Source of the DNA: a virus
Lineage: Duplodnaviria > Caudoviricetes
Length of the DNA stretch: 34,485 nt
Direction: 5' to 3' (one strand)
IMG/VR virus record: IMGVR_UViG_3300038797_000110
Location: 1 to 34,485 of that record
The translations under genes were made by a program, and so were the position numbers. Below are positions 27,789-34,485 of this stretch, piece by piece. The notes under the pieces were generated by a model. It saw nothing but the letters and a program-made list of their open reading frames with translations. It made no database searches and was not told where the DNA came from. Every line of letters starts with the position of its first letter. The first letter of the stretch is position 1.

Positions 27789-28694
27789 CTAGGTAGCCTT
27801 CTTGGCCTCGGCACTGCGGAGCAGGCGGGCCATCGCACTACTGACCGCTTCAGGGCCCGTTGGGGGCCGGTGAGCGGGGGTGTCGGTTGCAGGTGGCCCT
27901 ACCCCACTGGGTGGTGCCTGAGACTCTAAGCGCGGCGCTGTCTTGCGCTCCTCGCTCTTTTTCCAGTTATGGCGCTTCTGCTGGCGGTGGAACTCCTCGA
28001 GGGACGCCTTGCTCTGGCGCGCCTCGCGATCGATGACCACCTGGCGAATCTCTTGCTCGCGCTTCTTGATGGCTGATTTCTTCGCCTTGAGCCATTCATA
28101 CCTCAGCCCGAGATCCGCCCAGAACTTTTCGGTGAAGCGGACCATGACACGAGTGCGAACCAGGTTGAGCCCCGCCTCGTCCTTATCGTCCAGCCGCACC
28201 TTCTCGATGCGTCGGTACACATAATCTGCCTGCTCAAGGCCGTGCATCAACCGGTTAAGCGATGGCGCCGATATACCGCTGTCCTCAGCGATGCTGCACT
28301 GAGTGTTGAGGAAAAATTGTCCCTGCTCAACGTCGAGCCAGCCCAGAACACCCGTAGCCAGATCAAGGCGCACCAACAGCTGCTCCGCGACACGTGCCAG
28401 AGCGACGAACTTCTCCGAGCGGGTACGGCGACCACCATGGATCGAGTCTAGCCCGCGCAAATACCGACCACGCAACTCGCTGATCTTGCTCAACCGCCAA
28501 AGTGACTTGCGAATTAGCGGCTTCTTCAGCTGTTCGCCAGAGAGCTTGCGCGGCGCCGAAAAGCGCAATGGACGGATTGGAGCGCGCAGGCCCGCGTGCG
28601 GTTTCTTTGTGTCCACACGAGCGGATGCAGCAGGCCGCCCTTTCCCAGGGCGACCTGCTGCATTCTTGGCGACTGTTAAGGGCGGGTGACTCAC
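27789..28694 (-). CDS. Replication initiator, winged-helix, IncFII RepA-like
   Basis: RRTRSEK..AL...LL.RLDL, TQCSIAEDSGISAPSLNRLM..L...DYV HTH, VRFTEKFWADLG, then a basic coiled coil; sits in the replication slot after cro-cII. Confidence 0.6.
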   Translation of the reverse strand: MSHPPLTVAKNAAGRPGKGRPAASARVDTKKPHAGLRAPIRPLRFSAPRKLSGEQLKKPLIRKSLWRLSKISELRGRYLRGLDSIHGGRRTRSEKFVALARVAEQLLVRLDLATGVLGWLDVEQGQFFLNTQCSIAEDSGISAPSLNRLMHGLEQADYVYRRIEKVRLDDKDEAGLNLVRTRVMVRFTEKFWADLGLRYEWLKAKKSAIKKREQEIRQVVIDREARQSKASLEEFHRQQKRHNWKKSEERKTAPRLESQAPPSGVGPPATDTPAHRPPTGPEAVSSAMARLLRSAEAKKAT

Positions 28695-29326
28695 GAGGTC
28701 GCGATCACCTGATCAGGGGCAGCGGTTGGCTGCAGCTGCTCGTGCACCACATCCTCGGCTCTGGTCCGAAGTTCGCTGCAGCGCGCCTCAGCTGAACGCA
28801 ACCGCTCGATGAATTCTGGCAGCACACTCAGATCTCCAGCATCGATACGGCCGTCAGCCAGAATTTCGCTTCCGAGGGCGACCAGGCTGCCCATCCTTGC
28901 GACCAGTTGGCCGAACACGCCAACTGGGTTGGCATCGCCGCTGAGTGCTCGAGCACCAGTCAAGCCGTGACGGCTGGCGAGTTCGTTTAAGCAGCGGTCC
29001 TGATAGTCCCCCTCGAGCGCCTGCACCCATGCCTCCTCGATCCAGCTGGGCAGGTCGACCTCACCGCTCAACCAACGGCTAACACGACGGAGCCAAGCGC
29101 CTGATGCCTTCAAGAAGGCCCCGGAGTCGTTGCCTAGGGCGAGTAGGTCGAAGTCCGGTACGTCCTTAGCGGTCGCCTTCGTCGGCACCAGGTCATGCAG
29201 ATGGTTACTGAGTGCCTGTGCGAAATGATCCTGGCTGAATCCCGTGCGAGCGATCATATCGGCGGCGTGCGCCACAAGAACCTGGTCGCGGGACACCAGC
29301 AGGTGTCGAGGATTAGACGTACTCAT
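28691..29326 (-). CDS. CII-like phage regulatory protein
   Basis: Directly after cro (ATGA overlap); HTH-like RRVSRWLSG and C-terminal ILADGRID typical of CII/YmfL-type proteins. Confidence 0.5.
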   Translation of the reverse strand: MSTSNPRHLLVSRDQVLVAHAADMIARTGFSQDHFAQALSNHLHDLVPTKATAKDVPDFDLLALGNDSGAFLKASGAWLRRVSRWLSGEVDLPSWIEEAWVQALEGDYQDRCLNELASRHGLTGARALSGDANPVGVFGQLVARMGSLVALGSEILADGRIDAGDLSVLPEFIERLRSAEARCSELRTRAEDVVHEQLQPTAAPDQVIATS

Positions 29327-29562
29327 AGGGGGCTCGGAGAAGTAGCCTGCCCCTCATTAGTTGAGCTTGGTCGGGTGCCGTCCTGGCACGGAAACGGTCG
29401 AGTCTCCTGCGCGGTGCAAGAACCATCGTCAGCGATGGCTACGGTGATGTTCCGACCGACTTGGAGAGCCTTTGCAATCGAAGCAGGCTTCACTCCGAGT
29501 GACCTAGCCACCCGGGCCTGCCCTATTTTCTGCACAAATGCACCGAGGCTAATGACTTCCAC
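29323..29562 (-). CDS. cro: Cro repressor (lambda Cro family)
   Basis: GQARVARSLGVKPASIAKAL..GRNITV...DGS..AQETRPFP closely parallels lambda Cro; divergent from cI; GGAG RBS. Confidence 0.85.
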   Translation of the reverse strand: MEVISLGAFVQKIGQARVARSLGVKPASIAKALQVGRNITVAIADDGSCTAQETRPFPCQDGTRPSSTNEGQATSPSPL

Positions 29563-29593
29563 GACCGATCTCCAAAGGACGATTTACGTGAAA

Positions 29594-29622
29594 ATATTAG
29601 ACTGCGACTAATTCCTTGACAA
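29594..29622 (-). promoter_or_regulatory. PR-like promoter for cro
   Basis: TTGTCA-N17-TAATAT on the minus strand, overlapped by the 29596-29612 operator. Confidence 0.7.
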
Positions 29623-29702
29623 GAAAAATGTTAACCGCAGGCGTTTTTTTAACAGAAACAGCACGCCTGAGGCTTATCCCAATGCGTTAGCCAACGGCTT
29701 AT
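29596..29702. promoter_or_regulatory. OR-like cluster of four 17-bp operator-like sites
   Basis: ATTAGACTGCGACTAAT (29596), GTTAACCGCAGGCGTTT (29630), GCACGCCTGAGGCTTAT (29661), GTTAGCCAACGGCTTAT (29686). Confidence 0.7.
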
Positions 29703-29711
29703 ACTTCCCGA

Positions 29712-30428
29712 ATGAGCACAAAAAAACCCCTTCCCCCTCATCTCTTTGCTGAGTGCAAAGCAGCCCATGACCTTTTTCTGACGAAGAAAAATGGTCTTAA
29801 GCTCACTCAGCGAAAAATCGCAGATGCCGCTGGAATCACGCCGGTATCGGTGAACCAATATCTCAAAGGTATCAATGCATTGAACGCTAGGTTCGCCAGC
29901 GTTCTCGCAAAAATGCTGGAGGAGCCCGTTGAGAGTTTTAGCCCGCGTCTCGCCGCGGAAATTGCGGAAATGGCTGCTTCGAGCAACGGCAACGTATCAC
30001 CGATGCTGCAGCCGCATCGTGAGGCCCGGGAGTACCCGTTGCTGAGTTGGGTAGTTGCGGGAAGTGCACTTGAGTCCTCGACATCCCTTCCATCTGGCAT
30101 CGCCGATGAATGGCTGACCTCTACTGAGAACGCTGGCCCGAATGGCTACTGGCTGGCAGTGAAAGGGCGGTCAATGACGTCTGACACGCCCCCCAGTTTC
30201 CCAGAGGGAACGCCGATCCTAATCCGTCCAGAGGGGTTCGAACTGGTCAGCGGAAAATTCTACATTGCCCGGCATAACGTCACGGGCGAACACACGTTCA
30301 AACAGTACGTACTTGACGCCGGCGTAGGCTACCTGGTGCCGCTCAACCCCGAATACCAGACTGTTGTCATGGACGACAATTGGGAGATTGTTGGCAGGGC
30401 GATCGACGCAAAGATCACCGGTATGTAA
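29712..30428 (+). CDS. cI: CI repressor (XRE HTH + S24 autopeptidase)
   Basis: LTQRKIADAAGITPVSVNQYLKG HTH; VVAG cleavage site; VKGRSM (Ser) and TFKQY (Lys) catalytic motifs. Confidence 0.92.
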   Translation: MSTKKPLPPHLFAECKAAHDLFLTKKNGLKLTQRKIADAAGITPVSVNQYLKGINALNARFASVLAKMLEEPVESFSPRLAAEIAEMAASSNGNVSPMLQPHREAREYPLLSWVVAGSALESSTSLPSGIADEWLTSTENAGPNGYWLAVKGRSMTSDTPPSFPEGTPILIRPEGFELVSGKFYIARHNVTGEHTFKQYVLDAGVGYLVPLNPEYQTVVMDDNWEIVGRAIDAKITGM

Positions 30429-30680
30429 CGCGTGCTCGTGCTGAGCGCAGTGGATTAGGTTGTCACTGTCGTAGGCGCAGTACGGACAGTGCCGGCTGTC
30501 GTCATCGATCCAGCCTGGCTCAATACCTAGCTTCGCGAACAGCTCCAAATCACACTCTGGGCATGGCCGGCATATACGCACGCTTCTATGCAGACGCTCG
30601 GCACGATGGCGAGCGCTCGCCCAGGACTCGCCTGGGCGTGCGATTGCAGCAACTTGCGAATCGGTCAAGGCCAAGATCAC
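30219..30680 (-). CDS. Hypothetical zinc-finger protein overlapping the cI 3' end antisense
   Basis: GTG at 30680 overlaps the upstream TGA; ARPGESW motif, CPEC...CPYC. Confidence 0.45.
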   Translation of the reverse strand: MILALTDSQVAAIARPGESWASARHRAERLHRSVRICRPCPECDLELFAKLGIEPGWIDDDSRHCPYCAYDSDNLIHCAQHEHALHTGDLCVDRPANNLPIVVHDNSLVFGVERHQVAYAGVKYVLFERVFARDVMPGNVEFSADQFEPLWTD

Positions 30681-30832
30681 CGCGACGCCTCTCCGATCGA
30701 GCGCAAGAATCCGTGCCAAGCGACCAAACAGCACTCTCGCTTGAAATAGGCCTTCACCTTCTCTCTGTTAGCAGGATCTACTGCATCGCGCAGGCTCATC
30801 CTACGAACCGTGGTATAGTCACGTTCGGACAT
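30677..30832 (-). CDS. Small hypothetical protein (51 aa, absent from the ORF track)
   Basis: AGGGA RBS, MSERDYTTVRRMSLRDAVDPANREKVKAYFKRECCLVAWHGFLRSIGEASR*, coupled to the next ORF. Confidence 0.5.
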   Translation of the reverse strand: MSERDYTTVRRMSLRDAVDPANREKVKAYFKRECCLVAWHGFLRSIGEASR

Positions 30833-30898
30833 GATTGATTCCCTAAAAGTTGGTCTGTCTTGCCTGGAAAGCGGTTGCCGCCGCTTTCCAGGCGCTCT

Positions 30899-31108
30899 TC
30901 ATTCAGGTCGATGCCTGAGCAGTAGCATCTCTCCCTCCTGATCCAGTTTGGCCTGCTCGGCCACGTGTTCCCGCCCAACATCTACACGTATATCCAGTGC
31001 GTACCCTTGGTACCAGGTCTGGCTTCCTTGAATTCGAACTGCATGTTTGCGGAGCCACCGGTAGCGATCGGCATCGCGGCGCAGCTCCAGTTCGTTCTGG
31101 TCAATCAC
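30899..31108 (-). CDS. Small phage early protein with DAxRYRWLR motif
   Basis: LRRDADRYRWLR is common in small Pseudomonas phage early proteins; overlapping start/stop. Confidence 0.65.
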   Translation of the reverse strand: MIDQNELELRRDADRYRWLRKHAVRIQGSQTWYQGYALDIRVDVGREHVAEQAKLDQEGEMLLLRHRPE

Positions 31109-31410
31109 CTGGCTGCCCTTCTCTTCCTAGGCAACTGATCTGGAGTGCCACCCTCCTCTGCTCCAGGGGGAGCACTGTGCACAACGATATGGCCCTGGCC
31201 GATCTTGAAGTTTTTTATGACCGCGATGCAGACGTTCCAAGCCTCCCGGGAAACCGAATCACCTGCCTCGACGACGTTGCCCTGGTCGTCAATGATGGCC
31301 AGCCGTGCGGGGCGTCCGTCAGCAGTTGTAAACCGATAGCCCGTTGTGACATTGGCACTGATGCAACCATGCTCGAGGGTGCCGGTTTTGGGGATTCCGA
31401 TCATGCTCAT
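31105..31410 (-). CDS. Hypothetical early protein
   Basis: 101 aa, ATGA-coupled in the operon. Confidence 0.65.
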   Translation of the reverse strand: MSMIGIPKTGTLEHGCISANVTTGYRFTTADGRPARLAIIDDQGNVVEAGDSVSREAWNVCIAVIKNFKIGQGHIVVHSAPPGAEEGGTPDQLPRKRRAAR

Positions 31411-31628
31411 GCTGGCATCCTCTCCCCAGCGAGAGTGAGGGTGCAGCTGTTGACGATCACAGCAATCGTGTGAGCTTGCAGGTCACGGCTGCCTTGCAGC
31501 GCGTGGACCTTGCCCCAAGCTCCAACCTCAATGGCAGTGTTCAGGTCAACAATCGCTTTACGGTAGTGCACAAGGGCTGTTTCGAGCTGGGCTTTCGCCT
31601 TGGTAGGCACAGCAATATGAATGGTCAT
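31407..31628 (-). CDS. Hypothetical early protein
   Basis: 73 aa, GAGG RBS, coupled to the next gene. Confidence 0.65.
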   Translation of the reverse strand: MTIHIAVPTKAKAQLETALVHYRKAIVDLNTAIEVGAWGKVHALQGSRDLQAHTIAVIVNSCTLTLAGERMPA

Positions 31629-31637
31629 GGTTCAACC

Positions 31638-32213
31638 TCAAGCCGCAGTACGGTAGTTGGCGATGAGTTCTTGAACGCAGAGGTTCAGCAGTGCGTAGGC
31701 CAAACTGCGATCGGTAGGCAAGAGCACAGGGAGCGTTAAGCATGCGCCATCCAACTCGAATCGAAATGCCACACGCTTCGGATCAGTGGCGCTTTGACGA
31801 ATCAGCAGCGCCAGTTCCTCGACGCCTTCGACCGGCAGGTAGTAGGTGCCTCGTCTCTCCCGCACAGCATCGCGAAGTGTTGACTCCAGCTCGCTGACAA
31901 GAAGGTGCTCCTCGACCTCGATGATGCCAACTGGCAGTTCGAGGTCGTTTGCAAGGGATTCGATGAAAACTGCAAGGCGGGCGGCATTGTCATCCCGCTT
32001 CGCCAAGGTGATGGAGTTGACCGAATCGCCCAGCTCAATTCGAGCAGTCATACCATCGCTGCATTGCTCAATTGCAAGTCGCGCTGTGGCAAGCACCTCA
32101 GAGGTGGCGGCGTCGTACATCTCATGTTGAAAGGCGCCATTCTGGGCTACCTGGCGGGCCAGCGCCTGCCGGCTGGCCGATGACAGACAAAGGAATCGGG
32201 GAATGGTGTGCAT
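31638..32213 (-). CDS. Hypothetical early protein, first gene of the PL-like operon
   Basis: GGAG RBS before MHTIPRF at 32213; 191 aa. Confidence 0.7.
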   Translation of the reverse strand: MHTIPRFLCLSSASRQALARQVAQNGAFQHEMYDAATSEVLATARLAIEQCSDGMTARIELGDSVNSITLAKRDDNAARLAVFIESLANDLELPVGIIEVEEHLLVSELESTLRDAVRERRGTYYLPVEGVEELALLIRQSATDPKRVAFRFELDGACLTLPVLLPTDRSLAYALLNLCVQELIANYRTAA

Positions 32214-32266
32214 GGGACTTTCTCCAAGGCGATCGCCCGGCATGGAAGCGATCCGATGGAGATATA

Positions 32267-32338
32267 ATTAGCCAGAAGCTAACGACAAGTCAAATGCCTG
32301 AGGCGAACTTTCTGCAAAATAATTCGCCTGAGACTACT
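32267..32338. promoter_or_regulatory. OL-like cluster of three 17-bp operator-like sites with a leftward promoter
   Basis: ATTAGCCAGAAGCTAAC (32267), AAATGCCTGAGGCGAAC (32292), ATTCGCCTGAGACTACT (32322); TTGACT -35-like box on the minus strand. Confidence 0.65.
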
Positions 32339-32340
32339 TT

Positions 32341-32586
32341 TTAACGGTGTTGATTGGTCCAGTTCAGCTGAATTCCGCCTCCATCCAAATGCGTCAAGCG
32401 CACACTTTCCTCGATCTCCAGCTGGTCGAGCAGCTTGTCCCAATCGTCCATTTGCTCATCCGGTAATCGTAATATTACCGTTCGTCGCCTCTCCTGAGCC
32501 GCTGAGCTATTGATCTGACGGTGGATACGCTGCATGAGCTGCTCGAACCGTGTTGATGAAGGAAAGCAGGTGGGCGTGGTAAACAT
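32341..32586 (-). CDS. DUF1654-like small protein, SOS-box controlled
   Basis: FEQLMQRIHRQINSSAAQ...DDWDKLLDQL...DGGGIQLNW; start at 32586 (or 32598), just after the SOS box. Confidence 0.7.
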   Translation of the reverse strand: MFTTPTCFPSSTRFEQLMQRIHRQINSSAAQERRRTVILRLPDEQMDDWDKLLDQLEIEESVRLTHLDGGGIQLNWTNQHR

Positions 32587-32603
32587 AGGCTGATCCATAA
32601 GCA

Positions 32604-32619
32604 CTGTACACGCATACAG
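32604..32619. promoter_or_regulatory. LexA (SOS) box overlapping a leftward promoter
   Basis: CTGTACACGCATACAG = CTG-N10-CAG; minus-strand TTGCCT-N16-TATACT whose -10 overlaps the box. Confidence 0.8.
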
Positions 32620-32656
32620 TATAAATTTCCGCTCAAGGAAGGCAACAGGCCATGAT

Positions 32657-34276
32657 CTACGCCCAGTCCTCACTCGCAACCCATGTTCCTGTTCTTCTGT
32701 TGATCTGTAGCACTCGAAGCTGTCCCGTGCGGGAGAGCAGTTGCACATCGATGGTGCGGCTCGACCGATCCGAAGCGCCAACGCCTCGCATGTAAATGAC
32801 TATTCGCTCAAACGTGTCCATGACCAACTGACGAACCTGCTCCCGAGCAGCGTAATCACCTGCCTCGACCAGGCCGGCAAGTTCTGCCCAACGCTCGGCA
32901 TGTGCAGGTCGCGATACGCTGGAAAATGCAGCCAACTGATGCTCCAGGCCTCTCACCTTTTGCTCAGCGACGGCCTGCAACTGTTCGAGTTCGCGCGCTT
33001 TGCGAACAAACGCAAGCGGTGCCGCACCACTCTCGTCAGCCAGCAGCGCATCCGTCACCTTCGCAAGCTGACTTGAGAACTTCTCGGCCTCGGCTTGAGC
33101 AGCAATCAATTGGTGCTGAAGCCCGCTGCCGTCGTCCCCGTCCTGGAGCAACCGCTGAAGATTGAACTGATCGGAGCAGTAATTGAGGATCGCCCGCTCA
33201 ATAGGGACGATGCTGCAGCTGCCACCGGCGCTACACCCACCGTTTTTGCTGTAAGAAGTGCAGTGCAGTCGTCGGTGGCCATCTGCAAGGGTGCCATCTT
33301 CTCGCTGCCGGTTCATTAGGTTTTGCGCCACCAGGGCCGTGCCGCAATAGCCACAAATGGTTAGGCCAATTCCGGTCACGATCCCGGGGATCTCTCCATG
33401 GCCACGACGACGGTTGCGCTGGCCAGCAAGGTGCTGCAGCTCAGCCCACTCAACTTCGGACAAGATCCTGGGGTAGTAGCCCTCTAGTTCATAATCCTCA
33501 CCATCCAGGCTCAACCGCTTTACCCCTCGAAGAGCAGGAAGCTTGATCAGCCTGTAGATCTGCAGCCCCGAGATCCCCCAGTCGGTCAATTCATGGCCCT
33601 CCTGGTGCATCAACTTAGCGGCGCGGCCTGCTCCCATCCCCTGCTGGTACAAAGCCAAAGCACGCCGTACAGCTGCTACTCTCTCCGGAATCAGCTCCCA
33701 GGCCTCGCCTGTCCAGCGTACCCACTGGGGGTCCTTACCATTGCGAATCAACCCCCGAAACGAGCCGGCCCTCCATCCCTCGCACTGCCGGCGAATCGCT
33801 GCTTTGACACGTTTGCTCTTGGTATCGGATTCCTCATGTGCCCGGATCATGACGAGCAGCGAGTAGACCAGGTCCATCGGCTGCGCTTTCAATCCAGCCC
33901 GGTTGTACTCACGCCCATCACTCGCCGTCACCACGGTGATGCCGGCGTTGATGATCTGAGCCAATTGGGCCTGGGCCTGGATCGGCTCAGCGCGGCTTAG
34001 ACGGTCAAGGCCCTCAACAACCAAAACCGAACCATGCGCGATGCGCCCGTTCTCGATCGCTTCCAGGAACACGCCCAGGGCTCCTTGCTTGACGTGCCTT
34101 TCATGGTAGGCCGACAAGCCTTCATCTCGCAGAGATAGAGTGCCATCGAGAACCAAGCCCTTGCTGGCGGCCCAGTTCTGGGCGTACTGCAGCTGACGGT
34201 CGGCACTGCTGCCGGTCGCTTGCCGGGGATCGGAAAACCTCAAATAGCTGTATACTCGCGCGCCGTTTTTAGCCAT
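32657..34276 (-). CDS. Large serine recombinase (integrase)
   Basis: 539 aa: YSYLRFS catalytic Ser, VEGLDRLSR, recombinase domain, CGYCG...C...C zinc ribbon, coiled coil; adjacent to attR. Confidence 0.93.
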   Translation of the reverse strand: MAKNGARVYSYLRFSDPRQATGSSADRQLQYAQNWAASKGLVLDGTLSLRDEGLSAYHERHVKQGALGVFLEAIENGRIAHGSVLVVEGLDRLSRAEPIQAQAQLAQIINAGITVVTASDGREYNRAGLKAQPMDLVYSLLVMIRAHEESDTKSKRVKAAIRRQCEGWRAGSFRGLIRNGKDPQWVRWTGEAWELIPERVAAVRRALALYQQGMGAGRAAKLMHQEGHELTDWGISGLQIYRLIKLPALRGVKRLSLDGEDYELEGYYPRILSEVEWAELQHLAGQRNRRRGHGEIPGIVTGIGLTICGYCGTALVAQNLMNRQREDGTLADGHRRLHCTSYSKNGGCSAGGSCSIVPIERAILNYCSDQFNLQRLLQDGDDGSGLQHQLIAAQAEAEKFSSQLAKVTDALLADESGAAPLAFVRKARELEQLQAVAEQKVRGLEHQLAAFSSVSRPAHAERWAELAGLVEAGDYAAREQVRQLVMDTFERIVIYMRGVGASDRSSRTIDVQLLSRTGQLRVLQINRRTGTWVASEDWA

Positions 34277-34308
34277 TACGAAAAAATAACCCTGATGAGG
34301 ATCATCCT

Positions 34309-34485
34309 ATGATGACAGAGAAACCACCGCGTATAGGAATGATATCGTTAGGGTGCCCTAAAGCCCTCGTCGATTCCGAGCGCATCCTCACCCAGCTGCG
34401 CATGGAAGGCTATGAAGTCGTGCCCACCTACGAGGACGCCGACGTGGTGGTGGTCAACACCTGCGGCTTCATCGACAGCGCCAAG
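34309..34485 (+). CDS. rimO: Ribosomal protein S12 methylthiotransferase RimO (partial; N-terminus supplied by the phage)
   Basis: GAGG RBS; [59 protein letters not shown]; runs off the window end. Confidence 0.92.
   Translation, partial: MMTEKPPRIGMISLGCPKALVDSERILTQLRMEGYEVVPTYEDADVVVVNTCGFIDSAK
34331..34378. other. attR (phage P arm + host B' arm), core TGCCCT at 34354-34359
   Basis: Switch from AT-rich codons to host GC3-rich codons at the core; the P arm pairs with 617-639 as an imperfect inverted repeat. Confidence 0.85.

Larger units (their letters stand above)
617..34355. mobile_element. P2/HP1-like temperate myovirus prophage, ~33.7 kb, integrated in rimO
   Basis: Full set of head, packaging, contractile tail, lysis, immunity and integrase genes, bounded by the two halves of rimO. 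Confidence 0.93.

Noticed and set aside
27227-27838. 203-aa minus-strand ORF downstream of rep
   Set aside because: Arg/Ala/Pro-rich, overlaps rep out of frame, no RBS; the region looks like an origin.
32341-32781. 146-aa long version of the DUF1654-like ORF
   Set aside because: The extension overlaps int and runs through the SOS box and promoter; the start at 32586/32598 is more plausible.
1-34485. CRISPR array, tRNA/rRNA genes, IS elements, long att direct repeat
   Set aside because: No regularly spaced repeats, cloverleaf or transposase seen; the att identity is only 6 bp, as expected for a serine integrase.

Overview
The window holds an apparently complete ~33.7 kb temperate myovirus prophage (about 617-34355) in a Pseudomonas-like host. 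It is inserted in the 5' end of rimO by a large serine recombinase. The native rimO start (MSTTPATPKVGFVSLGCP*) is stranded at 567-623. The phage supplies a recoded replacement N-terminus ([17 protein letters not shown]), fused in frame to the rest of rimO from 34309. Head, tail and lysis genes are P2/HP1-like. The control region is lambdoid (cI with S24 peptidase, cro, cII-like gene, seven 17-bp operator-like sites). Replication appears to use an IncFII-RepA-like initiator, and no P2 gpA is visible. A low-GC accessory block (962-3762) encodes four unknown proteins: one with a HEPN-type RxxxxH motif, one split at a canonical -1 slippery site, and one with ADP-ribosyltransferase/DUF2971-like motifs plus a small partner. 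These are candidate anti-phage systems. A RelE/HigB-like toxin lies outside the prophage at the left edge. All family calls come from motif recognition and gene order only; no searches were run.
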